Positions 38,431 through 50,195 are shown, counted from the first letter of the stretch. The stretch is DNA of 64,000 nucleotides from an uncultured Lentisphaera sp. (GCA_964426675.1 CAYRRM010000002.1:1-64000); one strand, 5' to 3'. The notes: generated from the sequence alone by a model not told the origin. Made by a program: numbers and translations.

Positions 38431-39678
38431 ATGTCAAAAAACATTTTCCAAAAAATATCAATAGAAATACCCGAAATAACCATTGATAAAATTGTTTTTG
38501 GGGGAAATGGAATTGGAAAAAATGACGGAAAAATAACATTTATTCCATCAGTAATTGACGGAGAAAAACTCGAAGCAGAAATTTATCAGAGAAAAAAGAA
38601 TTTTGATTTTGCTTTTTGCAAAAAAATTTTAAAAAAGTCTTCTCATAGGATTTATCCTGAGTGTCCACATTCATTAAGAATTGGAGAAAATCCTTTTTTG
38701 TACTGTTCAAATTGTTCATATCAGCATATTTCCTATGACTATGAAATAGAATTAAAAAAACAACAATTAGAATCTTTACTAAGGAAAATCGCTAAAATTA
38801 ATGATATCCCTGAAATTGAAAAGATAGCTTCGCCCTCGCCATTATTCTATAGAAGAAAAATATCTATGACTATAGGAGTCAATAAAGATGGTAGAAAACA
38901 TCTCGGTTATATTGGACTTGACAATAAAACTATCGTAGAAATTAATGAATGTTTTTTAGCCGTTAAAGCAATAAATAAAAGGATAAAAGAAATTTTAAGT
39001 GATAAAGTTCTTGATAATTACAAAGTTGGTGATCAGATATTCTGGCGTTGGACAGAAAATGATGGACTTGTAGAATGGATAAACCCTGGACCACAACCAA
39101 ATAAGATTTTAACAGAAAATACGATAATCGGTAAGATAAGTTATCCTGCATCATCATTTTTTCAGGTTTCAACTTTTGCATCCGATATGCTTTTCAAAAA
39201 AGTTTTTGATATCATATCTGAGTTACAACCTGAGATAGTGATAGATTTCTATTGCGGATCAGGTATTTTCGCACTTTGTGCAATAAAAAACTCTGCGAAA
39301 TTCGCAATTGGCATAGAGAATGATAAGAAATCTATTGAATGTGCTAAAATTAATGCCGCAAACCTTGGTGTTGCCGAAAAAGTTGAATTTCTTCACCAAA
39401 CATCCGAAAAAGCCTCTCTGAAAATATTAAAAAAATATACCTCAAATAATTTGCTTGTTATCCTTGACCCCCCACGATCTGGACTTTCAAAAAAAGTTAT
39501 CGAAGGTATTCTTGAAGTATCTCCTACTCAAATACTGTATATATCATGTTCACCTGATACGTTATCACGAGATATAAAATTATTATCTGAAAAATACAAA
39601 ATTTTAAAACTTTTTCTATGCGATCTCTTTCCAAGAACACAGCATTTTGAAAGTATTGCTTTATTAAAAAAAAACTGA
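38431..39678 (+). CDS. TRAM-domain 23S rRNA (uracil-5)-methyltransferase (RlmD/RumA family)
   Basis: An N-terminal TRAM domain, a four-Cys cluster (CPHS...CSNC) and a C-terminal class I SAM MTase domain are present. Confidence 0.7.
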   Translation: MSKNIFQKISIEIPEITIDKIVFGGNGIGKNDGKITFIPSVIDGEKLEAEIYQRKKNFDFAFCKKILKKSSHRIYPECPHSLRIGENPFLYCSNCSYQHISYDYEIELKKQQLESLLRKIAKINDIPEIEKIASPSPLFYRRKISMTIGVNKDGRKHLGYIGLDNKTIVEINECFLAVKAINKRIKEILSDKVLDNYKVGDQIFWRWTENDGLVEWINPGPQPNKILTENTIIGKISYPASSFFQVSTFASDMLFKKVFDIISELQPEIVIDFYCGSGIFALCAIKNSAKFAIGIENDKKSIECAKINAANLGVAEKVEFLHQTSEKASLKILKKYTSNNLLVILDPPRSGLSKKVIEGILEVSPTQILYISCSPDTLSRDIKLLSEKYKILKLFLCDLFPRTQHFESIALLKKN

Positions 39679-39952
39679 AATAACTTTTCTTACAGATGCA
39701 AATATAGTTTTGACTTGCAAGTTACAAATCATCGCATTTTTCCTCTATAAAATCATAGTTGAAGTATATTAGAAGCTTATTTTGTGTTTTAAAAAAATCA
39801 TAAAATGAAGAGGTTAAAATTCGTAATTTTCTAATTGACTTTTTTTTTTGAAAGATTATTATTTTTCATTGTGATTATGTTATTTTTTTTGATTTATTTT
39901 TGAAAAAATAAAATTTTATAAAAGTTAAAAAAAGCAAAACAGGAGAGAAAAA

Positions 39953-40942
39953 ATGAGGCCAGTAACTTTATTTACAGGACAATGGGCTGACTTAAAACTT
40001 GAATCACTCGCAAAAAAAGCCAAAGAATGGGGATATGATGGACTCGAACTTGCATGTTGGGGAGATCATTTTGAAGTAGATAAAGTAAACGAAAAATATT
40101 GCAAAGAAAAAAAAGAATTACTTGCAGATTATGGCTTGAAAGTTTTTGCTATTTCATCTCACCTCGTAGGACAGGCTATTTGCGATAACATAGATATTCG
40201 CCATAAAAGTATTTTACCTGATTACGTATGGGGGGATGGAGATCCTGAGGGCGTTCGCAAACGTGCTGCAAAAGAGATGATAAAGACTGCGAAAGCCGCA
40301 AAAATGCTCGGTGTAAAAGTGGTAAATGGTTTCACCGGCAGTTCAATATGGCATCTTCTGTATTCATTTCCTCCTGTAAGTCCAGAAATGATAGACAATG
40401 GATATAAAGATTTTGCAGCAAGATGGATTCCAATACTCGATGAATTTAAAAATTGTGGAGTTAAATTTGCTCTTGAAGTTCATCCAACTGAGATAGCCTT
40501 TGATATAGCATCTGCAGAACGTGCAATTTCCGCCTTGAAAAATCACCCTGCTTTTGGTTTTAACTTTGATCCAAGCCACTTCGGATATCAAGGGGTAGAT
40601 TATATACAGTTTATATATAAATTCGCAAAAAAAATCTTTCACTGTCACATGAAGGATGTTTATTGGTCGGATGTTCCAGTTGAAGTCGGAGTTTTTGGTG
40701 GACATATTGATTTTGGTGATAAACGCAGATTTTGGGATTTTCGCTCACTTGGAAGGGGAAAAATAAAATTTGAAGAAGTGATACGCGCCCTAAATAGAAT
40801 TGGTTATAATGGTCCTTTATCTGTGGAATGGGAAGACAGTGGTATGGATCGTGAGCACGGAGCAGCCGAAGCGTGTAAATTCGTAAAGAAAATTGATTTC
40901 AAACCATCCGCAATAAAGTTTGATGGACAATTTGATAAGTAG
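39953..40942 (+). CDS. sugar phosphate isomerase/epimerase (xylose-isomerase-like TIM barrel)
   Basis: [17 protein letters not shown] plus the metal-binding E/D/H pattern match the AP-endonuclease-2/TIM family. Confidence 0.7.
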   Translation: MRPVTLFTGQWADLKLESLAKKAKEWGYDGLELACWGDHFEVDKVNEKYCKEKKELLADYGLKVFAISSHLVGQAICDNIDIRHKSILPDYVWGDGDPEGVRKRAAKEMIKTAKAAKMLGVKVVNGFTGSSIWHLLYSFPPVSPEMIDNGYKDFAARWIPILDEFKNCGVKFALEVHPTEIAFDIASAERAISALKNHPAFGFNFDPSHFGYQGVDYIQFIYKFAKKIFHCHMKDVYWSDVPVEVGVFGGHIDFGDKRRFWDFRSLGRGKIKFEEVIRALNRIGYNGPLSVEWEDSGMDREHGAAEACKFVKKIDFKPSAIKFDGQFDK

Positions 40943-42381
40943 TGAACATAGCGCTCGTATATCCTGATATATCAATAAGAGAACGATACGGCGCTGATAT
41001 AGGGGAAATAGGAGGACGCCAGGCACCACTCGGCGTCCTTTATCTTTCTTCATTTTTGAAAAAAAAATCTCATAATGTAATTGTAATTGATGCTGCTGCA
41101 GAAAACCTCGATAACAATGAAATAATAAGAAGAATAATAAAACACGACGCAAAACTGGTTGGAATCTCTTCAACTTCTGTTGCTTTGCAAAATTCGAAGA
41201 TACTGGCTAAGAATTTGAAGTCAGAGTTAAATGTGAGAACTGTTATAGGTGGACCGCATATCAGCTCAAATCCCGATGATATCTCAAAACTTAATGAGTT
41301 TGATTTTGGAATAATTGGGGAAGGAGAGCTCTCTCTTGCAAATTTAGCAGAAAAGATACAAGAAAATTCGAACGATTTTTCAGAAGTTCCAAATCTTATA
41401 TGGCGGCGTGGAGAAGAAGTTGTTCGAAATGAGAGAATTCAGTATATTGAGAATTTAGATATCCTGCCTTTTCCAGATCGAGATGCCCTCACTGATATAG
41501 AACTTTATCGTCCACCAATAGGCTGTTATTTGAGAGAACCTGTTGTGTCTATTATAACTTCAAGAGGTTGTCCATATCAATGTATATTTTGTGATAAGTC
41601 TGTATTTGGAAATAAAATAAGATTTTTTTCTTCTGAATATGTAATTTCAGAAATAGAAATGATAATAAGAAAGTACAAAGCGAGGGAACTTGCTTTTGTG
41701 GATGATACTTTTCCATGTAATAGAAAAAGATTCATAGAAATTCTTGAAAGTATTATCCGTAAGAACTTCAAAATCAGATGGTCGTGTATGTCAAATGCGA
41801 ATGATCTTAATGAAGATATCATTATGTTAATGAAAAAAGCGGGATGCTGGCAAATTGCCATAGGTATAGAAAGTGGAGACGACGAAATCCTCAAAAAAAT
41901 CAAAAAAAAGACCAATACTGAACAAATCAGAAGAATTGTAACATTTGCGCATAAATTAAATATCTTTGTAAAAGGATTCTTTATGATAGGACATCCAGGA
42001 GAAGACATGAAAAGTATTGAAAAGACAAAAAAATTTGCCCTTTCCATTCCATTAACCGATATAACATATACAATTGCAACTCCAATAAAAGGCTCTGAAT
42101 TCTATAATATGGCTATTTCAGGAAAATTTGGGTACTTTGAAAATGTTAAACCATCAGAACTAAATTACTGGAAACCAATATTCATACCAAAAAATCTAAA
42201 TAAGGAAATATTATTAAAAAAACAAAAAGAATTTTTTAAAGATTTTTACTTAAGACCACAAATTTTATACAGACAAATACTGAAAATAAGATCCATTAAA
42301 AATTTGATCAGGTTCATAAGAACTGCTATAAAAATTGTATTTATTGCTCTTCAACAAGGTAATTTTGAAAATAACCAGTGA
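40942..42381 (+). CDS. B12-binding-domain radical SAM protein (class B)
   Basis: The N-terminal Rossmann-like cobalamin-binding domain (VIVIDAAAENL...GISSTS) is followed by a CxxxCxxC motif (CPYQCIFC). The GTG start overlaps the preceding TAG in taGTG. Confidence 0.75.
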   Translation: MNIALVYPDISIRERYGADIGEIGGRQAPLGVLYLSSFLKKKSHNVIVIDAAAENLDNNEIIRRIIKHDAKLVGISSTSVALQNSKILAKNLKSELNVRTVIGGPHISSNPDDISKLNEFDFGIIGEGELSLANLAEKIQENSNDFSEVPNLIWRRGEEVVRNERIQYIENLDILPFPDRDALTDIELYRPPIGCYLREPVVSIITSRGCPYQCIFCDKSVFGNKIRFFSSEYVISEIEMIIRKYKARELAFVDDTFPCNRKRFIEILESIIRKNFKIRWSCMSNANDLNEDIIMLMKKAGCWQIAIGIESGDDEILKKIKKKTNTEQIRRIVTFAHKLNIFVKGFFMIGHPGEDMKSIEKTKKFALSIPLTDITYTIATPIKGSEFYNMAISGKFGYFENVKPSELNYWKPIFIPKNLNKEILLKKQKEFFKDFYLRPQILYRQILKIRSIKNLIRFIRTAIKIVFIALQQGNFENNQ

Positions 42382-44108
42382 TTACAAGAATTTTTCCCTC
42401 TCTGTTTTTAGAATATTTAAGATTTTTTCTGTAAGTCCTGTTATATCAAACATGTGCGACTCCTTATCTCCGCGCCGTTTAAACTCAACTTTATTTTCAG
42501 ATATGGTTTTTGGGGAAATTACAATTCTAAAAGGAACTCCTATAAGATCTGCATCATTAAACATAAACCCGGCTTTTTCCCCACGATCATCATATAAAAC
42601 ATCTATTCCTGCAGAAAGTAAAGAATTATAAATTTCTTCTGCCTTTGAGCAAATATTATTTTGATTCAGATTTAACACGCAAAGATGAACATCAAAAGGA
42701 GAAATACTTATAGGCCAAATGGGACCATACTGATCATAATTTTGCTCTATAACTGCTGCCATTGTTCTACCTATTCCAATACCATAACACCCCATAATCA
42801 TAGGATGTTTTTTCCCATTCGCATCAAGAAATTCACATTTCATAGAAGAAGAATATTTTGTCCCAAGCTTAAATATATTACCTATTTCTATTCCGCGCTT
42901 CATCAGGAGCGGCTGACCTGTTACTGGACATGGATCACCTTCTCTAACGCAAGCAATATCGGCTACGATAGCACCTTCAGGCATATCTCTATTAAAATTG
43001 AAGTTCTTTATGTGAAAATCAGGTTCATTAGCGCCAACAGTTAGATTTGATGATTCGGCAATTGAGCGATCTACTATTATTTTTACTTTTTCAGGATTAA
43101 GATTCAGGGGAGATGCATAACCAGGCTCAGCTCCACAACTCCTTATTAAATCATCATTTGCAAATGAAATATCGTCTATCTGAAGAATCCTTCTGACCTT
43201 GCTTTCATTTACCTCAAAATCTCCCCTTATCATGGCAAATATAAGTTGATCTTCTTTGGTCTTGTAAAAAACTGCTTTTCCTGTTTCCGATATATTCTGT
43301 CCTAAAAACTCTGCAACTTCTTCAATAGTTTTCTTTCCCGGTGTTGGAACTTTTTCAAGTGCCAAAGGAGGAGATTTTGAAAATTTCAATGCAGAATATG
43401 CAACTTCTTTATTGGCTTTATATGAACCATCTGGCGACATAAAAATAGTATCCTCTCCACAATCCGCTACTGCCATAAATTCGTGTGAAATGTTTCCTCC
43501 CATCATTCCTGGATTTGACTCAATACATAAAAAATCTTTAAAGCCACAACGTCTAAAAATTTTTTCATAGGCATGCAAGGTCTGTGTATAAAATTCATCA
43601 AGGCATTCCTGGGTAGCGTGAAATGAATAAGCGTCTTTCATTTTAAATTCTCTTACTCTTATGAGTCCTGCACGAGGTCTGGCTTCATCTCTATACTTTG
43701 TTTGTATTTGATATAACATTATCGGCAATTGTTTATAACTATTTACTTCTGTTCTCGTAAGGTGCACTACAGCTTCTTCATGAGTCATTGCCAATAGCAT
43801 ATCCTTTTTATTTCTGTCCTTGAATCTCAACAATTCTTCTCCGACACTGTGATACCTCCCAGATTCTTCCCATAGTTCGCTAGGAAGCACAACGGGCATT
43901 GTTACCTCTTGCCCGCCAATTTTATTCATTTCTTCTCTGATTATATTTTCAATCTTCGCACAAATTTTGTGCCCAAGCGGTAAAAGTGAATAAATTCCAG
44001 TAGAAACAGGTCTAATATACCCCCCCCTTATTAAGAATATATGACTTGGAGTTTTCGCATCTTTTGGAGCTTCTTTTATCCTTCTACCAACTAATTTTGA
44101 CATTTTCA
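42382..44108 (-). CDS. proS: prolyl-tRNA synthetase (bacterial type with editing domain)
   Basis: Class II aaRS motifs and an INS domain are present. The start is probably M31 (MKMSKLVGRR) at 44108. Confidence 0.92.
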
Positions 44109-44299
44109 TAATTTTACCAACCTTTTTTTTGCGTAAATTAGAACAAAAAGTGAAAAGTTCCAACCAGAAGGAAGAAATATATTCAGGATTTTCCTGCATT
44201 TTCTAAGTTTATTTAAAAAAAAATTTGACTTAAATGTTTATAATTTTACATACTTTTGTATGATTTCTTAATTATTATTCTGGAGGGTGATAAAAACAA

Positions 44300-46477
44300 T
44301 CATACTATCGTTAGTAGTTTTGCAGAATTTGGAGCAATATCTACTACCCCAATTTCTGACTGCATTGTGGCAAATGTATCACTGAAATTCGCAAGAAAAA
44401 TATATTTCTTTTGATCAAAGCCTCGAACCCAAACAGCTTTTACTCTATTATTAGAATGAATCTGACCACATTGAATCTTTTTTGTCTCTTCAGGCGAAGC
44501 ATTAGAAAAAACAAGAAATCCAATATCTACCAAAATCTCATCTGAAACACATCGTTTCAAATTAGAATTGGCATTCGTACAAATTTCGTCTATAAAGAGA
44601 GTTTTATAACGACCACCGCGTCGGTTTTTAGAACGACTAATCTGCAAACAATCAGCTCCATAAATAAGTGATATGCCAAGAATTTCATCTATATTTAGCC
44701 ACTTGCTATTAATTTGCATCAAATAGTCGTTTGAAGGTGGAGATGACAATTCATAACTACCTTCAGCGGAAATAGTAACCCTTTTATAATTATTAAAGAG
44801 ATCATTAGGAATATTAAGATGCAAAGCTTTTAATTCAATAATATATCCCACACGATTTGGAGATGCTATGACATACTGAAGACAAATGCATGTTTTATTA
44901 TCAGGCAATGCTGAAAAGGCTATATATGAAATTGCCTGATCCGTACAATAACCGCCTTCATCCACTACAACGTCTACTCCTTCCATTATAGAACCATATG
45001 CAATAAAACCTCCATCAATGGCTTCTACCTTTCCTGTTAATAATCGACGATGCCTTGAAGGGAATAAACCATCATCCCCAATAAATCGAACAACAGGACA
45101 CATATTTAAAGACCATTCAGCAAGGTCTCCTTTTTGTGGCGGAAGGCATAACGCCTGGGCCAAACCATCGGCCCTCCACGAAAAAGAGCTAAAACGCGTA
45201 GGTGAACGATGCAGAACTGCTCCGTGTTCCTCCTCAATCCAGAGTACAGAACTCGATTCATTTAAATCTTTTTTTGGAATGGAACTATTTGCTTTTATCA
45301 AAGGTAAATAATTCAAAAGCATTGAGAGAACACATGCGCGGTCTGACTCAATTCTTGTATAATAATGAGGATTTGTAAGGCGTAAATTCTCCAACCTTTT
45401 GCTATAAAAAGACCCATCCTCGTTTTCTACAGCTTCTCTTTCCATCAAGTCAAGCTGGGATTCCACAAGTTGAAATGCGTTAGAATCATTAAAAAAATCC
45501 ATAGCAAAAAGTAATGATGGAAGAAGATATTCCTGACAATACGCATAACGCACCCGTGTATCTCCACCAATTCGTGCCAATCTCCCATCTTCAAATATCA
45601 TTCTGGAAAGCACATTCCAAAGATCAAGCTGATGATGATACAAACTTTCAGGAGGTCTTATTCCCAAACTTTTAAAATCAAAATGGAGTATGGCAGCATT
45701 ACTTATACATATTACCATATATCCTACGTTTAAATATCCATGATGGTCCAACGCATATGAGGGGAAAAAATTTGCCCCAACATGCCAATCTTTAACTGGA
45801 ATACCAGAAATGATAGTTTGATCATCAGCATCTGCTTCAACTGAAATACCATTAACAAGATACTTATCAGCAAGTTTTAACCAGGCATTTCTATTTTTTT
45901 CATGAGGGTATAAATGGGCGATTCTATGTAAAAAGCAACCATTCCATATATTTGACTCTGGATTATTACAGCCACTACTATTCCATTTAGCAGCACATAC
46001 TCCTTTATGATTGGCTCGCCTTCCATGATATAAAATCCAATCAGCTTCATTTATTAATAAACAGTGTAATGAGGAAAGCTCGTCATTAGATAACAATGAT
46101 TTTATATACTTTAATCCATGAAATGCACGTTCTATTCCGAGTATACTAATCCAACTATTGCCCCATTTTTTTCCATCATTTCCTACTTCTCTTCCAGTTA
46201 TATGAGTATTTAGCGCAAAGCGAAGAGAAGCTATTGCACGTTTTTCTAGTGCAGACTTTTTATTCGGATCTAGAGTAAGAGAAGATAAAGTTGAAACTGC
46301 AGCAAGATAATTCCAATTAGACTGGACTCCCCAATGCAGATATCCTGGCCCAAAACATCCAGATGGTGCATTATGATTAGCCTCATACCAGTAACAGTTC
46401 ATCGCACTAATCCAATTCTCAAGTAGATTTTTAGCCCTATTAAGTATTTTATTTTTTCTGTTTAAATATGAGTCCAT
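44300..46477 (-). CDS. hypothetical protein, possibly a heparinase II/III-like toroid-fold polysaccharide-degrading enzyme
   Basis: The product is 725 aa. No confident family. LDHHGYLNVGY loosely resembles lyase motifs. Confidence 0.25.
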   Translation of the reverse strand: MDSYLNRKNKILNRAKNLLENWISAMNCYWYEANHNAPSGCFGPGYLHWGVQSNWNYLAAVSTLSSLTLDPNKKSALEKRAIASLRFALNTHITGREVGNDGKKWGNSWISILGIERAFHGLKYIKSLLSNDELSSLHCLLINEADWILYHGRRANHKGVCAAKWNSSGCNNPESNIWNGCFLHRIAHLYPHEKNRNAWLKLADKYLVNGISVEADADDQTIISGIPVKDWHVGANFFPSYALDHHGYLNVGYMVICISNAAILHFDFKSLGIRPPESLYHHQLDLWNVLSRMIFEDGRLARIGGDTRVRYAYCQEYLLPSLLFAMDFFNDSNAFQLVESQLDLMEREAVENEDGSFYSKRLENLRLTNPHYYTRIESDRACVLSMLLNYLPLIKANSSIPKKDLNESSSVLWIEEEHGAVLHRSPTRFSSFSWRADGLAQALCLPPQKGDLAEWSLNMCPVVRFIGDDGLFPSRHRRLLTGKVEAIDGGFIAYGSIMEGVDVVVDEGGYCTDQAISYIAFSALPDNKTCICLQYVIASPNRVGYIIELKALHLNIPNDLFNNYKRVTISAEGSYELSSPPSNDYLMQINSKWLNIDEILGISLIYGADCLQISRSKNRRGGRYKTLFIDEICTNANSNLKRCVSDEILVDIGFLVFSNASPEETKKIQCGQIHSNNRVKAVWVRGFDQKKYIFLANFSDTFATMQSEIGVVDIAPNSAKLLTIV

Positions 46478-46892
46478 AAACTTATATCCTCATTTTTTTA
46501 CTTCTTACATCAATACAAAATTACCGAGCACTTCACCTAAATTTTCAAATTCTATTATCTAATAGATTATAAATACCTAAATATAAAGATATTATAGATA
46601 TCCAATGGTTTATTTTTTCTTCAAATTTTTGGCTAAATTCCCACAAGGTTCCAGCCAGGCCATTGTGTGAAGCACTGATTACGGAGAAAGATCTTCTATA
46701 CCAGCGTCCTTTCTCCATTCTCATACTGACTAAAAGCAAAATATAGGTTAAAAAAAATTAAACACAAGAACAAATGCATTTAAGGAAAAATAAATCATAT
46801 GTTTGAATTTTCTACTTCTGAAAAAAAACTTTATTAAAACCTTTGTCTGTTTACCCAAATTTTGCACCTCAATCAGCCAGCAAGAGTTTTTC

Positions 46893-47120
46893 CTAAATTA
46901 AGCAGTTGGACGCATTTGCCGTAGATACCAGGTAGCGAGACAACGCTGTAGTAACTAAAATCGAAATTAAAGAAGTAGATACGATAAATGCGGACAAGCC
47001 CGCGCGAGTTAAAAAATTGTAAAAAAATCGTCAACCTAAAAGTTTGATGGAGCATAATCTATAAAAACCCTATTTTCATATACATAAAAATAAAAACAAT
47101 TTTCAATTGCTTTTTTAGGA
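46893..47120. repeat. R1 repeat, full copy 3
   Basis: It aligns along its full length with 14988-15215. The core 47051-47108 is near-identical. Confidence 0.85.
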
Positions 47121-47377
47121 TAATAAATGTGGTGTGAACTGCATTGCTGTTCACGAAATTATCCTTTTGTGCTATGCTGATAGAACTTGCAAGGAATCGC
47201 CTTGATTCCTCGCAACTATGCCATACTGGCAAAACGCAAGATATAGGCTAATTTCATAAATTTTTTGAATTTAAGAATAAGTTTTTATTGAGAGTAAGGT
47301 ACATTTTTTAATATTGATTAATCGCGTTTACGAGAGGATAGAAATGCCATCAAATATGACCACGTGAAAACGGTAAA

Positions 47378-49204
47378 TTAAGGAAAGATCATAGCCTCTG
47401 AAAAAATCATCTGAAATTCTGGGTCCAGAGATATCTCAATATAATTAGTTTTTTCTGCAAGCTCCTCAGCTTTTCTTCTTCTTTCTCCAGAAAGCAGAGC
47501 TTCTTTTGCTCCTTCTGAAGAAGTATTGCCAACATATCTTATTTTATAATCTGGAATATTTGGAAGTAAACCAATACGCACAGCATTATTTCTACGAATG
47601 AAATTTCCAAAACCACCTGCTACTAATACTGTATCAAGCTCTTCTGGAGTTATTCCAATTTTTTGTAACAAGATATTTATAGTTGCCCTTATAGCTCCTG
47701 TAGCAAGTTGAATTTCCCTGATATCTCTTTGAGAGATAAAAATCTTTTTTTTGTTATCTGCCTGGAGAAGAAAATCCCATGTCTGGCCATCATCTCGAGA
47801 TATGAGCCTATCTTTTAAAATTTTTGGTAGAGATGATAATTCATCAGGTGATAAAATTCTACCTGAAGACTCAAGAATGCCAATTTTCAGTAACTCTGCA
47901 GTTGAATCTATAACAGCACTTCCGCAAATTCCTAAAGGCGCTGTATTGCCTATGACATTTAAATGAACTCCTTCTCTGTTAATAATAACTTTTTCTATTG
48001 CTCCTTTTGAAGCTCTCATTCCGTATTCAATCCTTGCTCCTTCAAATGCTGGGCCTGCTGCAGCAGAAGCAGCAAATAAATTCCCTCCATTAGCTAAGAC
48101 AATTTCTCCATTTGTTCCTATATCAATGAAAAGTGTGGGTTTTTCCCTTTCATCAAGTCTGCAAGCACTTATTCCTGCGGTTATATCCCCACCAACAAAT
48201 CCCCCTATCAGGGGGAATATATATACTGGTGCTTCTGGATTTATATCAATACCCAAATCATTGGCTTCGAATAAAAGAGGTTTTTTAAATGGTGGGACAA
48301 ATGGAATCTCTCCTAAGTTTTTCGCTGTTATACCGCAAAAGAAACATTCCATTACTGTGTTTCCTGCTACCGCTGCAGAGTAGATATTTTTTTGTTTAAT
48401 ACCATTATCCTGACAAAGTTGTCGAATCAAATTATTAACAGCCTGAATAACAAGACTCTGAAGCTGTTCAAGATTTTCAGCAGACTTTTTTTCTGCCATT
48501 ATTCTTGAAATAAGATCATCTCCAAATTTTGTTTGTGGGTTTAATGATCCTTTACTATCAATAGTTTTTCCTTTTACAATATCTATCAAGGAAACAACTA
48601 TCGTTGTTGTCCCAATATCAACAGCAACTGCAAAATTAATGGATTCTGTATTTCCCTTATCCAGACAAATAATTTTATTATCACTTAGTACCGCTGTCCC
48701 TTTGAAGGAATTTTCTCTTAAAAACATCGGAATAGTTCTTAGCGTCTCTAAAGATATATCCTGAACAGAAAGATCCTCACGAAGTGCCTCAAAATCTGCT
48801 TTTTGATTTTCGAGAGAAGGTGGAATAAGAGAAAAAAATTTCTTTCGCACAAGTGGGGAATTTTCTAATAAAAATGGCTTATCGTCCTGGGTTAAAATAA
48901 GCAATTCATTTTCAAAAATAGTTTCAGACGGTACATCAATTTCGAGATTATCTTTTATTTTTAGTCTGCACGCAAGTCTCCAACCATTTTCAAGTTCTTC
49001 TTGAGAAAAAAACTTTTTGCACTGTTCATCTGGAGTAGATTCACCAGATATTACTCTTATTTTGCATTTTCCACATATACCCTGTCCTGCGCAAGGATTT
49101 TTTATCAAAATGCCAGCTCTCATTATACATTCGAGCAAAGAGGAGTCCTCCAAAGCATAAATTTCCTTTTTATAGTGGGGAAAATAAATCCTATAGTTCT
49201 TCAT
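47378..49204 (-). CDS. RACo-like ATP-dependent corrinoid reductive activase (2Fe-2S ferredoxin domain plus ASKHA/DUF4445)
   Basis: The N-terminal plant-type ferredoxin motif is CAGQGICGKCK, followed by the ASKHA phosphate-1 motif VDIGTTT. Confidence 0.65.
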   Translation of the reverse strand: MKNYRIYFPHYKKEIYALEDSSLLECIMRAGILIKNPCAGQGICGKCKIRVISGESTPDEQCKKFFSQEELENGWRLACRLKIKDNLEIDVPSETIFENELLILTQDDKPFLLENSPLVRKKFFSLIPPSLENQKADFEALREDLSVQDISLETLRTIPMFLRENSFKGTAVLSDNKIICLDKGNTESINFAVAVDIGTTTIVVSLIDIVKGKTIDSKGSLNPQTKFGDDLISRIMAEKKSAENLEQLQSLVIQAVNNLIRQLCQDNGIKQKNIYSAAVAGNTVMECFFCGITAKNLGEIPFVPPFKKPLLFEANDLGIDINPEAPVYIFPLIGGFVGGDITAGISACRLDEREKPTLFIDIGTNGEIVLANGGNLFAASAAAGPAFEGARIEYGMRASKGAIEKVIINREGVHLNVIGNTAPLGICGSAVIDSTAELLKIGILESSGRILSPDELSSLPKILKDRLISRDDGQTWDFLLQADNKKKIFISQRDIREIQLATGAIRATINILLQKIGITPEELDTVLVAGGFGNFIRRNNAVRIGLLPNIPDYKIRYVGNTSSEGAKEALLSGERRRKAEELAEKTNYIEISLDPEFQMIFSEAMIFP

Positions 49205-49272
49205 TTTTTATTTTATATTTTACTAAATGGATTAATGTATATTCAAAAACTATAATCTCAAAAAAACAAATT

Positions 49273-49944
49273 ATGAAGTTTTTGGATTTTCACAGCCATT
49301 TCAGGAATTTTTCTGCAAAAGAGACTGCAATTGTATCAATTTTTCCAAATGAATGCTCATGGGAAAATCGTAATGATGTCTACTTTTCCTGCGGAATACA
49401 TCCTAATTTCATACCAGAAGATTGCAATGTTTTAAGTCAATACATTCATATTTTAAAAAAACGAATGGAGACAAAAAAATTTTTAGCCATAGGGGAATGT
49501 GGACTGGATAGAACTTCTAAGTCCTCTATTGAAAGACAGATAAAGATATTAAATTTGCAGATAGAAATAGCTTGCGAATTTCGCAAACCAATAATTATAC
49601 ATTGTGTAAGAGCTTACGGCGAGATGTTGTCATTAAAAAAACAGTATAATAAATTAAGACTTCCCTTTGTAATTCATGGTTTCAGAGGATCAATAAAACT
49701 CGCAGAACAATTAACTGAAGCTGGTTTTATATTATCTTTTGGATATAAAATTTTAAAAGATCAAAATAAAATGAATGTTATTTCTGAATTAAAGGATAAA
49801 ATTTTTTTTCTTGAAAGTGATGAAGAAAAATATGGAGTAATCCCACTGTACCACGAAATAGCTAGATATTTAAAATGGGACGTAGAGGAACTAAAAGAAA
49901 AAATTAATATTTGGGCAAAAAGCTTATTCAATATCGATTTTTAG
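49273..49944 (+). CDS. tatD: TatD-family metal-dependent hydrolase/DNase
   Basis: A TIM-barrel amidohydrolase pattern is present (DFHSH, ECGLD, HCVRA). Confidence 0.7.
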   Translation: MKFLDFHSHFRNFSAKETAIVSIFPNECSWENRNDVYFSCGIHPNFIPEDCNVLSQYIHILKKRMETKKFLAIGECGLDRTSKSSIERQIKILNLQIEIACEFRKPIIIHCVRAYGEMLSLKKQYNKLRLPFVIHGFRGSIKLAEQLTEAGFILSFGYKILKDQNKMNVISELKDKIFFLESDEEKYGVIPLYHEIARYLKWDVEELKEKINIWAKSLFNIDF

Positions 49945-49997
49945 ATTGCTTTTCAAAAATTATATTGTATATTTTGGAAATTCTTTACTTCATAAAT

Positions 49998-50074
<77 letters not shown>

Positions 50075-50195
50075 TTTTTTAATTCTTTCTAAGTAAAACT
50101 AAAACTGCAAAGAAATTCTCAAAAAAATTATTCTTTGATTTCTCTTTGATTCCGAAATTTGATGTATGTGTCCTTAATATCTACATTAAAAAAAT

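Noticed and set aside
46545-46739. 64-aa minus-strand ORF in the 46.5-47.4 kb spacer
   Set aside because: It has no RBS, its composition does not look like protein-coding DNA, and it overlaps an inverted repeat (GGAGAAAG...CTTTCTCC). It is more likely non-coding.
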